DNA of 64,000 bases from assembly GCA_013288985.1 (NCBI GenBank), contig JABDAT010000001.1, positions 1,015 through 65,014 on the forward strand. The letters run 5' to 3'. Under the pieces are notes generated by a model. The model searched no databases. It worked only from the letters and a program-made list of their open reading frames with translations, and was not told where the DNA came from. The translations under genes and the position numbers were made by a program. The DNA comes from Alphaproteobacteria bacterium (GTDB taxonomy: Bacteria > Pseudomonadota > Alphaproteobacteria > Rickettsiales > JABCZZ01). Every line of letters starts with the position of its first letter. Positions within the stretch are counted from its first letter, which is position 1. This document shows, one piece after another, positions 9,946 to 19,154 of this stretch.

Positions 9946-11460
9946 ATGGCGATTTATAAGAATAATAACGCTAATTCTCCTATTCGCTCTGTCGAATTTA
10001 TGCCGGCAGCTGAAGGCAATTTTGCTTTTATTCACGTCAATTCCCTCGCAGAAAAAGAACAAGTGAAACAATGGCTCGCATCCGCTGATATGGGGCAGGA
10101 AATTGTCAGCGAAACACAGACAGATAAATCGTTGGTTCTGGTAACGCGCGGAAGCAAAACGCGCGATGAATTTCTGCAGGCTTCTTCAGCACAGGGCGCT
10201 TCTTTGGCAATAGATAGTATGAAGAAGCCGTTTAACCCCTGGGCTTGGCGCGGCATTACCAGCATCATCGGCCAGTCGCTTCAGCTTCTTTCCGGCTTTA
10301 AAAGTTTTAAGAACGGTGAAAAGCCTGGTGCAAAGCCGTCTGGCGATAGTGCGGCTATTATAGGGTTTGCAACGGCCAACCTTATCGCTAACGGCATTAA
10401 TATTGGTTTTGGTGCCCAGAAAACGGAAGATACCTATCAGCTGCTGGCGCTTAAAAAGCAATATAATGAAAAATTCGGTCAATATCTTCCAGAAGGTCAT
10501 GCGGTATTTGATCCAAATGAAAAACGCGCAGACATACGAAAAGAGCCCGAACATAAATCAGCAGGCCAGAAAACCAATGAATGGATTAAGCGCAATTCGG
10601 TGAGCGGCGGCGAAATAGGCCTGCGTGTGGCCGGAACGCTGAGCCTTATAGTTCCTCCTACCAATCTGAAAAAGGCGGCCAATGAATTGCGCCAGACCGG
10701 TTCACCTGCGAAAGCATTTGAAGCTGCACGCAATACGAATAATTTTACTTTTAATGTGGGTAAATGGACGCTGCTTGGCAAGATAATCGCTTTCTGCTCT
10801 AAAGCGCCCGATCCATATAATCCCAAACCTCACACCTGGCTTGATACTATACGCGAGAAGGTTACTTTTCGCTTGAGCTCTATTGTCGAAGGCGGCGCCG
10901 CCGTTTTGATGGCCTATGACCGGTATAAAAATAACAGCATATTGGTGAAGGGCAAAGAACAGCGCGACTGGTTTGGCGTGGTAGGCAACGTGGTGTTTGT
11001 CATTGGTTATATAGTTCGTCTGTTTGCGCCGTTTGGCGTGCGCGAAGTCAATACGACGGAACTCAGTGCGCATATTACCGACTCCCTCGCTAAAATGCCG
11101 GCTGAGAAATTGCCCCAGCTTCTGGCTGAATCGGCAGCTTTCCTGACCCAAAGCACAAAAGGAAAAATGCATTTCAGTGATGCATATGCCGAGTTGGCAA
11201 ATGATCTGTACCGCTATCATGGCATTGCCGTGTTACATCGCGCAACCAATGCCGGGGAACACGTGGCTGGCTCAATGCCTGAAAATACGTTGCCCGCTTC
11301 TTCGCCATTTGCCGAAGAGAAAGAATCTCCCAAACCGTCGATAAAGGCAGAGCAAACCACGCGCCTGAATCCGGCTTCCATGCCGCGCCATGCAAATTAC
11401 CAGGATCAGATTAAATCCGAAGCCATGGCCCCAGGCCTGGCAATGGCCAATTCTTTCTAA
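9946..11460 (+). CDS. hypothetical protein (504 aa), no recognisable family
   Basis: A long ORF with coding-like composition, hydrophobic segments (IIGFATANLIANGINIGFGA; VVGNVVFVIGYIVRLFAPFG) and an AT-rich upstream region. Confidence 0.65.
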   Translation: MAIYKNNNANSPIRSVEFMPAAEGNFAFIHVNSLAEKEQVKQWLASADMGQEIVSETQTDKSLVLVTRGSKTRDEFLQASSAQGASLAIDSMKKPFNPWAWRGITSIIGQSLQLLSGFKSFKNGEKPGAKPSGDSAAIIGFATANLIANGINIGFGAQKTEDTYQLLALKKQYNEKFGQYLPEGHAVFDPNEKRADIRKEPEHKSAGQKTNEWIKRNSVSGGEIGLRVAGTLSLIVPPTNLKKAANELRQTGSPAKAFEAARNTNNFTFNVGKWTLLGKIIAFCSKAPDPYNPKPHTWLDTIREKVTFRLSSIVEGGAAVLMAYDRYKNNSILVKGKEQRDWFGVVGNVVFVIGYIVRLFAPFGVREVNTTELSAHITDSLAKMPAEKLPQLLAESAAFLTQSTKGKMHFSDAYAELANDLYRYHGIAVLHRATNAGEHVAGSMPENTLPASSPFAEEKESPKPSIKAEQTTRLNPASMPRHANYQDQIKSEAMAPGLAMANSF

Positions 11461-11500
11461 AATAACAATAAGTCAGCTGTTTGTGCCTGATCACGGCTTT

Positions 11501-11517
11501 AGTGCGCGTGGCGCACT
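11501..11517 (+). terminator. hairpin downstream of the 504-aa ORF
   Basis: AGTGCGC-gtg-GCGCACT, a perfect 7-bp stem. The following T-tract is weak. Confidence 0.35.
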
Positions 11518-11592
11518 GGACATCGTATTCTTATCTGTTATAAACGCGCGGATTGTGGCTTTAGCGGATTAAAGCTGCCGCATATCAGGCAT

Positions 11593-11668
11593 AGGGGTGT
11601 AGCTCAATTGGTAGAGCACCGGTCTCCAAAACCGGGGGTTGCAGGTTCGATTCCTGTCGCCCCTGCCA
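11593..11668 (+). tRNA. tRNA-Trp (CCA)
   Basis: AGGGGTGTAGCTCAATTGGTAGAGCACCGGTCTCCAAAACCGGGGGTTGCAGGTTCGATTCCTGTCGCCCCTGCCA. The cloverleaf folds by hand, with anticodon loop CTCCAAA. Confidence 0.93.
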
Positions 11669-11684
11669 GCTGTCAGGATGCAGA

Positions 11685-12212
11685 TTAAGTCATGCGCGCA
11701 AGAAGATTGATGCGTTCTTTAATAAGATGTTTGAGAACACCCGCTACATGCAGCACGATGAGTGCTATCAATGTATAAGCAGCCCAGGCATGGAAATCAG
11801 CGGCAAGTTGGCCGCGCGCTTTGTCTACGGTTAATAATCGCGGCAATTCAAGCCCGAACCATTTAACGGGCAGGCCGTAAGAAGTGCTCATCACATATCC
11901 CGATACCGGCATTGCCACCATAAAAACGTAAAACATGTAATGCCCATAATGGGCAAGCTTGCGCTCCAATGCAGGGAGTGCCTCAGGTAAGGGAGGAATA
12001 TAAAGACGCAACCGCAGCCATAAGCGCAGTAACCCCAGCAATAATACCGTGATGCCGAATGATTTATGCAGGCTGTATAAAGTAGCGCGGGAGGGATTAT
12101 CGTGTGCCATGCCGGTCATGATGAGCCCTATGGTCAGGAGACCGATGATCATAACGGCTATGAGCCAGTGGAGTAGTCGGATAGAGAAAGGATATTTTTC
12201 AAGAGGGATCAT
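11685..12212 (-). CDS. cytochrome b561 family protein
   Basis: 175 aa with four TM helices and conserved His positions (LHWLIAVMIIGLL, LHKSFG, HYGHY, VLHVAGVLKH). Confidence 0.85.
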   Translation of the reverse strand: MIPLEKYPFSIRLLHWLIAVMIIGLLTIGLIMTGMAHDNPSRATLYSLHKSFGITVLLLGLLRLWLRLRLYIPPLPEALPALERKLAHYGHYMFYVFMVAMPVSGYVMSTSYGLPVKWFGLELPRLLTVDKARGQLAADFHAWAAYTLIALIVLHVAGVLKHLIKERINLLARMT

Positions 12213-12223
12213 TTAAAAACATT

Positions 12224-12256
12224 ATCCCCCTGTGCTAGAAAAAAGCACAGGGGGAT
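12224..12256 (-). terminator. intrinsic terminator after the prepilin gene
   Basis: ATCCCCCTGTGCT-agaaaaa-AGCACAGGGGGAT is a perfect 13-bp stem. On the minus strand it is followed by AATGTTTTTAAAT, which runs straight into the cytochrome b561 ATG. Confidence 0.65.
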
Positions 12257-12273
12257 AGATCAAAAGAAGTTAA

Positions 12274-13152
12274 CTATTGGAACTTGAAGGCAAGCGCGCA
12301 GTTACCGCCGCCGCCGTTATTTTCCAAAATAGCATAGGCTTTAGTATCGGAAGCATAACAGTCAGTTGCAGCACCTGGGGAAACAGCTGCATGTGCTGTT
12401 GCTGTAATAACGCCGCCGGTAAGATAGTAAGCCTCAACGTTACCGGTTGTCGGTAAGCCGTCATCGACCTTTTTGTCGATATTATAGGCCTGGATTACAG
12501 GAAGGTTTGCGGTAGAGGTCTCCTGGCTCGACGTAATAGCAGATACGTCCGACAGTCCATACCAGTTATACCCGGCAAAGTTTGCAGGCGGAGTGGTGCC
12601 ATCGCTACCCCAGAATACTGAGATATAGTTACCTTTACCCAGTCTGGCTGGGGGCAGGTAATTGGCAATATAAGTCACGCTGGCCGTAGTAACAGCAGTA
12701 GTATCCGAAGCGGTGGTAAAGCCGCCATCGATCAAATTGCCGCCAGCAGTGCTGCTTAAATCTTCCCAGAACAAGCCGGTTTCACCAACACCCTGATAAA
12801 GACCGTTAGTGGAAGCTGCATCACCTTCGATAGCGCCGTTACCGTCGCCGTGGCCTGCAGTAGTACCACCGCGTGTGGTAAACCCGAACTGCGCGGCAGT
12901 CGAAGCGGCCATGTCACCTGGGAGAGAATTAAATTTCACACGGAATGTATTGACGGCCGTGTTGTATTTTTCAATCTGGGTGATCGTAGCGCGTACTTCG
13001 GCAGCGCGGATAAGGTCCTGACCAACCAGAACACCACCAACGATAAGACCGATAATAACGAGCACGATCGACAATTCTATCAGCGTGAAGCCCTGTTCAG
13101 CCCTCCGCTTCCCTTGCGGGTTTTTTAGATTTACCTCATTGTATGCTAACAT
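12274..13152 (-). CDS. prepilin-type (type IV pilin / pseudopilin-like) protein
   Basis: N-terminal cleavage/methylation motif ...RRAEQG|FTLIELSIVLVIIGLIVGGVLVG. The 292-aa body is Gly/Thr/Ala-rich, and AGGAGA sits upstream of the ATG. Confidence 0.8.
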   Translation of the reverse strand: MLAYNEVNLKNPQGKRRAEQGFTLIELSIVLVIIGLIVGGVLVGQDLIRAAEVRATITQIEKYNTAVNTFRVKFNSLPGDMAASTAAQFGFTTRGGTTAGHGDGNGAIEGDAASTNGLYQGVGETGLFWEDLSSTAGGNLIDGGFTTASDTTAVTTASVTYIANYLPPARLGKGNYISVFWGSDGTTPPANFAGYNWYGLSDVSAITSSQETSTANLPVIQAYNIDKKVDDGLPTTGNVEAYYLTGGVITATAHAAVSPGAATDCYASDTKAYAILENNGGGGNCALAFKFQ

Positions 13153-13517
13153 AGACTTCTCCTATATTAATAGAACCTGGTTAAAAAAGCATGTCCCGAG
13201 TAATGATTGAACATCACGGTTACCCTAAACTGCTTTTTGCCCGAATACTTCTCATATTCAGAAAAAAATAATTCGAGCATCGTGTCTAGGGTTGTAGAAC
13301 CAAATTATTACTAAATCGTTAATATGTTGCATTATCAACTATATACTTCCTATCATTTCTGAACGTTATAATGCTTTGCGAACCACTTAAATAGTTGTTT
13401 TTACACAATGAAAACAATCATTGTGCTTATTTTGTAACAGATGCAATATTTTGAGACACGATTTCTGTAGATAGCGCTTTAAATAAAAAAAACCATTATC
13501 TATATCAGAAATATCTT

Positions 13518-14972
13518 TTAGGCCATTTTCTTGATAATATTGGTGGTGCTGTAGCCTTGCTTCAGCGGCACAAGCACAATTTTACCGCCATAACCCTCTA
13601 CGAGTTCATAGCCCACGACCTGGTGTTTCTGATAATCTGCGCCTTTGGCAAGTATGTCTGGTCGCAGCGCTTCCAGAAGTGTCAATGGTGTGTCTTCCGT
13701 AAATATGACTACCATGTCTACTATGGCAAGCGAAGCAAGCAGCATCGCGCGCTCCATCTCACTATTGATAGGCCGGCTTTCTCCTTTGAGACGTTTGACC
13801 GACGCGTCGCTATTGAGGCCGATTATAAGCTTATCGCAATGCATTTTGGTTTCATGCAATAAAGCCAGATGGCCCGGATGCATAAGGTCAAAACAGCCGT
13901 TGGTAAACCCTACTTTTTTTCCTTCGCGCTGCCATTGCAATGCTTGTGCCTGCGCCGCTGCTATCTCCAATATTTTATGCATGCCGCTTGCGTGATTATG
14001 CATGAAAAATGCGGTCTTTAAATCCTGCACGGTGATTATGGCAGTGCCTGGACGCCCCACCACAATGCCGGCGGCAAGATTGGCAAGCGTGGCAGATTCT
14101 GCAAAACTGAGGTTTGCTGCAATGCCAAGCGCAAGAGTGGCAACGGCTGTATCGCCTGCGCCGGACACATCAAATACTTCCTGGGCCTGCGCAGCAATAT
14201 GGGTTATTTCGCCAGAGCGGGCGATTAATGTCATGCCGTCCTTGCTGCGTGTAACCAGGATATTGGCAATATCATTCTTTTCCATTAATTCGTGTGCTGC
14301 GGCAATAATATCTTCTTGCGTGCGCAGCTCGCGCGTTGCTGCATTGGCAAGCTCATGTAAATTAGGACTGACGCAGGTGGCGCCCTGATACAGGCTGAAA
14401 TCACGCGATTTAGGATCCACTATAACCGGCTTTCCCTGCGCTTTTGCGATGGCAATAATGGCGCTTACCGTAGCGCGGCTGAATATACCTTTGCCATAAT
14501 CAGAAAGAATCACAACATCATGATTTTTCATTTCTTCTTTGGCGGTATCTGCAATCATGCGTGCCATATCATCGCTGACCGCTGTCAGTATTTCATGATC
14601 AGCGCGCAGTACCTGCTGGGTGCCTGCGACATAACGTATTTTGGTGGTGGAGATACGATTGGTTTCCGTCAGCAGATAAGGAGTGACGAGCGGCTCTTTG
14701 CCAATCATTGATGTGATTTCACGTCCGACTTTATCATTGCCTACTACGGAGATGAAGGCAACATGGGCGCCCAGCGCCACCAGGTTGCGCGCTACATTGC
14801 CGGCGCCCCCCAGCATGGTGCGCTCTTCCTTGATGGAAAAGACGGGAATCGGGGCTTCTGGCGAAATACGGTCAACATGGCCGTAAATAAACTTATCGAG
14901 CATCACGTCGCCAATGCACAGGATCCTGCAGTTGCTGAAACGATCAAGTACCTGCAAAAGCTGGTCGGTCAT
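13518..14972 (-). CDS. hldE: bifunctional D-beta-D-heptose 7-phosphate kinase / heptose 1-phosphate adenylyltransferase
   Basis: 484 aa. The pfkB-type kinase half carries DVSGAGDT and the C-terminal cytidylyltransferase half carries FTNGCFDLMHPGHL. Confidence 0.93.
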   Translation of the reverse strand: MTDQLLQVLDRFSNCRILCIGDVMLDKFIYGHVDRISPEAPIPVFSIKEERTMLGGAGNVARNLVALGAHVAFISVVGNDKVGREITSMIGKEPLVTPYLLTETNRISTTKIRYVAGTQQVLRADHEILTAVSDDMARMIADTAKEEMKNHDVVILSDYGKGIFSRATVSAIIAIAKAQGKPVIVDPKSRDFSLYQGATCVSPNLHELANAATRELRTQEDIIAAAHELMEKNDIANILVTRSKDGMTLIARSGEITHIAAQAQEVFDVSGAGDTAVATLALGIAANLSFAESATLANLAAGIVVGRPGTAIITVQDLKTAFFMHNHASGMHKILEIAAAQAQALQWQREGKKVGFTNGCFDLMHPGHLALLHETKMHCDKLIIGLNSDASVKRLKGESRPINSEMERAMLLASLAIVDMVVIFTEDTPLTLLEALRPDILAKGADYQKHQVVGYELVEGYGGKIVLVPLKQGYSTTNIIKKMA

Positions 14973-14983
14973 TAGGGCGTGTC

Positions 14984-15550
14984 CTAGCCGTTGGCTTTGA
15001 GTTTGCTGTCGGTATCGCCGCCTGGATGTTTGGAAAATTTAGCAATCGCATCATCCAGCCGCGTCTGTGTGCATAACCCCAATAATACGGGATCTTTCGG
15101 CTTCAGATTGGTGCTGTTCCAATGGGTGCGGTTACGCACGGAATTGATGGTATTTTTGGTAGTGCCGATGAGCTTCACAATCTGGGCATCAGGGATCGAG
15201 GGATGAAATTTCACAAACCATGCTACGGCGTCGGGTTTATCCTGTCTGCGTGCCACGGGCGTATAGCGCCCGCCCTTGGTCTTGGTTTTGCTGGTAAGGA
15301 ATTTCTGCACATGTTGCGAAAGCTCAAGCTTCATTTCAGCGTTATTCTCGCAATGCGTAATATCTTCTGCGGAGAGCTGGCCGCTGGAAATGGGATCCTG
15401 GCCGATAATGCCTACCGCTACTTCACCATCAGCAATGCCCTGTACTTCAAGCGGATGCATTCCGCAAAAATCGCCGATTTGTTCAAAAGTGAGCTTGGTG
15501 TTCTCAACCAGCCATACGGCAGTCGCTTTCGGCATTAATGGTAAAGCCAT
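14984..15550 (-). CDS. DUF1013 family protein (alphaproteobacterial TrcR-like)
   Basis: The N-terminus MALPLMPKATAVWLVENTKLTFEQIGDFCGMHPLEVQGIADGEVA matches my memory of the highly conserved DUF1013 signature. Confidence 0.75.
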   Translation of the reverse strand: MALPLMPKATAVWLVENTKLTFEQIGDFCGMHPLEVQGIADGEVAVGIIGQDPISSGQLSAEDITHCENNAEMKLELSQHVQKFLTSKTKTKGGRYTPVARRQDKPDAVAWFVKFHPSIPDAQIVKLIGTTKNTINSVRNRTHWNSTNLKPKDPVLLGLCTQTRLDDAIAKFSKHPGGDTDSKLKANG

Positions 15551-15591
15551 AACCTTTTAACCTTTGTGTATGTAAATGAAATGAAAAGGGC

Positions 15592-16557
15592 TTATATTCT
15601 AAGAAGTATTTTCCCAACATTCAAGCCTTCTTCCATGCGCAATAACGCTTTTTCTGCGTCGCATAGGGGAAATATTTGGTCTATCACAGGCTTAACCAGG
15701 CCTTTTTCAATCGCTTTCCAGACGTTTTTGTACAGTTCTGAGGCAATTTGCGCCTTTTCCTGCAAAGGCCGCGCCCGCAAAGTAGAGCCCATAACGCTTA
15801 AATGTTTAAATAGGATGGGAGAAAGATTGACGGGCATTTTGGAACCTTGCAGGAAAGCGATAATGCAGAGTCGTCCTTCTTTATTAAGGCACTCGAGGTT
15901 GCGCTGAAAATAATCGCCCCCCACCATATCAAGAATAACATCGACGCCTTGGTTGGCCGTCTGTTCTTTGATGATGCTGACATAATCAGCCTTGCGATAA
16001 TTAATGGCTTTAACCGCGCCGCATTGTTCGCATACCATACATTTTTCATCACTGCCTGATGTGGTAAACACCCGCGCACCCAGCAGGCGGCCTATCTGAA
16101 TAGCAATACTGCCGATACCGCTGGAGCCTCCATGAATCAGAAGCGTTTCGCCCGCCTTAAGCTTTGCCTGCCAAACCAAGCTTATCCATACGGTAAAACA
16201 TGCTTCAGGAAGGCCAGCCGCGGATTCCAGGCTTATTCCCTCTGGCACGGGCAGCACTAAGGCTTGATGCGCCAGCACATATTCGCCATATCCGCCTTCG
16301 CTTACAAGGGCACAGACTTTGGCACCTTTTTTGAAAGGTGCAACAGTATTTCCGCATTCAACTATTTCACCGGATACTTCCATGCCTGGAATGGCAGGAC
16401 TGCATTCCGGCAGGGGATAGCGCCCCTGTTTTTGAAGGAGATCAGCGCGGTTAACGCCAGCATAAGCGACTTTGATCAGCACATGATCGGGAGTGCATAG
16501 AGGGAGAGGGCATTTATTAAAATTATAATACCCCTGCTCTAAAATAATGGCTTGCAT
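15592..16557 (-). CDS. NAD(P)H:quinone oxidoreductase (MDR/zeta-crystallin family)
   Basis: 321 aa with a GAGVNRADL-like motif (AGVNRADLLQKQGRYP), the nucleotide loop HGGSSGIGS and the typical length. Confidence 0.88.
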   Translation of the reverse strand: MQAIILEQGYYNFNKCPLPLCTPDHVLIKVAYAGVNRADLLQKQGRYPLPECSPAIPGMEVSGEIVECGNTVAPFKKGAKVCALVSEGGYGEYVLAHQALVLPVPEGISLESAAGLPEACFTVWISLVWQAKLKAGETLLIHGGSSGIGSIAIQIGRLLGARVFTTSGSDEKCMVCEQCGAVKAINYRKADYVSIIKEQTANQGVDVILDMVGGDYFQRNLECLNKEGRLCIIAFLQGSKMPVNLSPILFKHLSVMGSTLRARPLQEKAQIASELYKNVWKAIEKGLVKPVIDQIFPLCDAEKALLRMEEGLNVGKILLRI

Positions 16558-17642
16558 CAGCGTTGGGTTGCAGACGATTTGCTGCGATGCTCGCTGGGCG
16601 ATATGCCGACCGTATTTTTAAATACACGATTAAAAGAAGGAATACTGCTGAATCCGACTTCAAAGGCGATAACGGTAATTGCAGTTTCTTCTTTTGCCAA
16701 ACGATCTTTTGCTTCCAGGATACGGTAATGATTCACCAATGTACTGAAATTCTGTGAGAAACACTGATTAATAATACGCGAAAGTTGATGTTCGGTTATC
16801 GCCAGTCTCAGGGCTAGTGATGAACGGCTTAATTCCATCGAACGGTATAATTTATCTTGCACAAGCAAGACGCGGATTTTTTCTGCTAATGCAAGGTCGC
16901 GCTCAGATGTTTCCTGTGGCCGCATATGGGGAATGCGCTCATAATCAATTTCAAATGAGCGATCGAACACGCGAAATACCGATGTAAGCACCAGATAAAT
17001 AAAGCCGATGCGGACAACCACAATCGCCAGCATAGCACGCTCTGCATTTACATACCCCCCTATCTCCGCCAGATCTATGGCAAGCAACGCAAGATTCAGT
17101 ACGATAAGCGCCAGCACGAGAGCATATTTATTCCTTTTTTGGGGCAGCGTATCATTGGAGGGTTGCGCAAGACGCTGGCGGATAACCACCATGGTAAGAA
17201 GAAATGTCAATGATGCGCTGAATATCTCGTAGAGCTCTTTGAATATCACAGGTTCTGTACAAAGATTATCATAAATGCATAGCTCGCCGTTAGTAATAAG
17301 GGTTGCATATACAATCGAGCTTCCGCCAATGAGTGGAATGCTGAGAATAGTCCAATAGGGGAGTGCAGGAATGCGATCCCATATAAACTGCATGATCAGC
17401 AGAAAGCTTAGGGCAGGTGTAAGGCTTTCGCCCATGAGCAATATCCCGCGCACATCCGCATGTGTAGTAAAGATGTCGATAAGCGGAAGAGAAAAACTAC
17501 AAATAAGTGAAAGAAAATAAAGAACCGGTACAAATATCTGCGAGAATTTGCGTGCAGCAATGCACAAAAAGAAAAGCATAAAAAGGCAAGGGCCCAGAGC
17601 GAGCAGTTGCAATGCTTGGTACCATGTCAATAAGGTATCCAT
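16557..17642 (-). CDS. membrane-embedded AraC-family transcriptional regulator
   Basis: The N-terminal ~230 aa is polytopic and hydrophobic. The C-terminus has an AraC HTH pair (LALRLAITEHQLSRIINQ...; IAFEVGFSSIPSFNRVFKNTVGISPSEHR). Confidence 0.8.
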   Translation of the reverse strand: MDTLLTWYQALQLLALGPCLFMLFFLCIAARKFSQIFVPVLYFLSLICSFSLPLIDIFTTHADVRGILLMGESLTPALSFLLIMQFIWDRIPALPYWTILSIPLIGGSSIVYATLITNGELCIYDNLCTEPVIFKELYEIFSASLTFLLTMVVIRQRLAQPSNDTLPQKRNKYALVLALIVLNLALLAIDLAEIGGYVNAERAMLAIVVVRIGFIYLVLTSVFRVFDRSFEIDYERIPHMRPQETSERDLALAEKIRVLLVQDKLYRSMELSRSSLALRLAITEHQLSRIINQCFSQNFSTLVNHYRILEAKDRLAKEETAITVIAFEVGFSSIPSFNRVFKNTVGISPSEHRSKSSATQR

Positions 17643-17644
17643 GC

Positions 17645-18343
17645 TTAGGGCTCCTTTTGTGTTGCGCTGTCAAGTTTATGAAGTCTATCTTTAACGAAAT
17701 ACGTCATGAATCGGAGTTCCCCCGGCGGGATATCCTGCGTATTGTTCTGAATATGCTGTATAATACGTAGCGCATCATCCATTTCACCGCGTTTTTCATG
17801 CACAAAAGCCGGCAATTGCCGTATCCATAAAGGCGCACTATCGGCATGCTCAAGGGGGGCCGCCATTTTAAGCGCCAGATCATTGTCTCTTAGTTTATGC
17901 TCGGCAAGATAGGCTGCCTGCGCCAGCCACCAGTATTTTTTTTCAGGCCTGCTGGCAGAATGATCATAAAGATAATCGATAACATAGCGCACATCCGAGA
18001 CGTGTTGGGTCTGGCTGAAATAATAACTTGCCAGAAAAGGAACATAGTTGGATTCGTTATCAAGCGTATCGAGCAAGGTAAACCATGCATATAATTTTTT
18101 ATAATCGTATTTATAGAGTTCAGTAAAGCGTCCAAACGAATCGCCGGCGTTTTGAATGTCAAGCGCAAGGATACGAAAATAAAATTCTTCGTCGCCAAAG
18201 GATAAAGCCTTTACTGCGATGGTTCCTGGCACATCCGGCACAATTCCCATATCCGGGAGATTTTGCTGCGTCATTTCCCAGAACCCAAACTGCAGCGCCG
18301 CAAACAGGATCAATAATCCGTAAATCTTAAAAAATTGACGCAT
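17645..18343 (-). CDS. hypothetical protein with an N-terminal signal/anchor
   Basis: 232 aa, MRQFFKIYGLLILFAALQFGFW..., with a helical-repeat-like body. It is packed tightly between neighbouring genes. Confidence 0.6.
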   Translation of the reverse strand: MRQFFKIYGLLILFAALQFGFWEMTQQNLPDMGIVPDVPGTIAVKALSFGDEEFYFRILALDIQNAGDSFGRFTELYKYDYKKLYAWFTLLDTLDNESNYVPFLASYYFSQTQHVSDVRYVIDYLYDHSASRPEKKYWWLAQAAYLAEHKLRDNDLALKMAAPLEHADSAPLWIRQLPAFVHEKRGEMDDALRIIQHIQNNTQDIPPGELRFMTYFVKDRLHKLDSATQKEP

Positions 18344-18362
18344 ATCAGGTTATCTGAACATT

Positions 18363-19133
18363 CTAAAATTGTTTGCGACGAAAATCTGCAATGGTGGCAA
18401 ATATCAGAAGAGGAATAAATACAGCCGCCTGCAGGGTAAATAATTTTAGATCATCTGCATGTTTGAGTCCGTAAATAAGCCAGTCGCCTTTGGCAAAGAA
18501 GTCAAGGCGTGGCATAATCATGGAAACCAATTTAAGTGCATAGATAAGTATAGCATTAAGCCATTGCTGCTCGAAGACAAATGCAGATTTTGTGGTAGCG
18601 ATAAAAAACCCCATTAACCGCGCCAGTACATAAAATCCCATGCTTGCTATGACGGAGGTAACGGCGCTCTTCAGAGTAAAGGATGCAAAAAGTGCTACGG
18701 CTACCATAAGCCAGCATTCAATAAGCAGGCTTACCGCCCAAAAGAAAAACCCCTGTTTGTTTATAAGGCCTTCCAAAGCGATCAGACCGAGGGTGGGTAT
18801 TAAAAGCAGTAATGCGACAGTGGCAAAGCCAAGCCAATAGGAAAAGACAAGATTTGAACGCGTGATGGGACGTGAAAGAAACACATCAATTTCTTTAGTA
18901 TCGAATGCATTGCGAATGTGAAAACAGGCAAACACGATAAGGCCGATAATAATGACAATGCGCGCAGAGGCAGAAGAATAAGATAATGTCATTTCCTGGG
19001 TTTCAATAAGAGCGGTGCTTCCCAGCATATGGGCTATGAGAGTACTGGCGACGATACCTATCATCAACGCCGCAAAAAGCCAGTCACGCAGCGCAGTCAG
19101 TAAAATATAACGAACGTTAGTTAACATAGACAA
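18363..19133 (-). CDS. polytopic membrane protein (ABC-2/NosY-like permease fold suspected)
   Basis: 256 aa with about 6 predicted TM segments. No ATPase gene is adjacent. Confidence 0.6.
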   Translation of the reverse strand: MSMLTNVRYILLTALRDWLFAALMIGIVASTLIAHMLGSTALIETQEMTLSYSSASARIVIIIGLIVFACFHIRNAFDTKEIDVFLSRPITRSNLVFSYWLGFATVALLLLIPTLGLIALEGLINKQGFFFWAVSLLIECWLMVAVALFASFTLKSAVTSVIASMGFYVLARLMGFFIATTKSAFVFEQQWLNAILIYALKLVSMIMPRLDFFAKGDWLIYGLKHADDLKLFTLQAAVFIPLLIFATIADFRRKQF

Positions 19134-19154
19134 AACACCCTTTTTATAAAAACA

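Noticed and set aside
13308-13323. TTAC-N7-TTAA upstream of the prepilin gene read as a CtrA box (TTAA-N7-TTAAC)
   Set aside because: It is an imperfect half-site match in very AT-rich DNA and occurs only once, so chance is likely.
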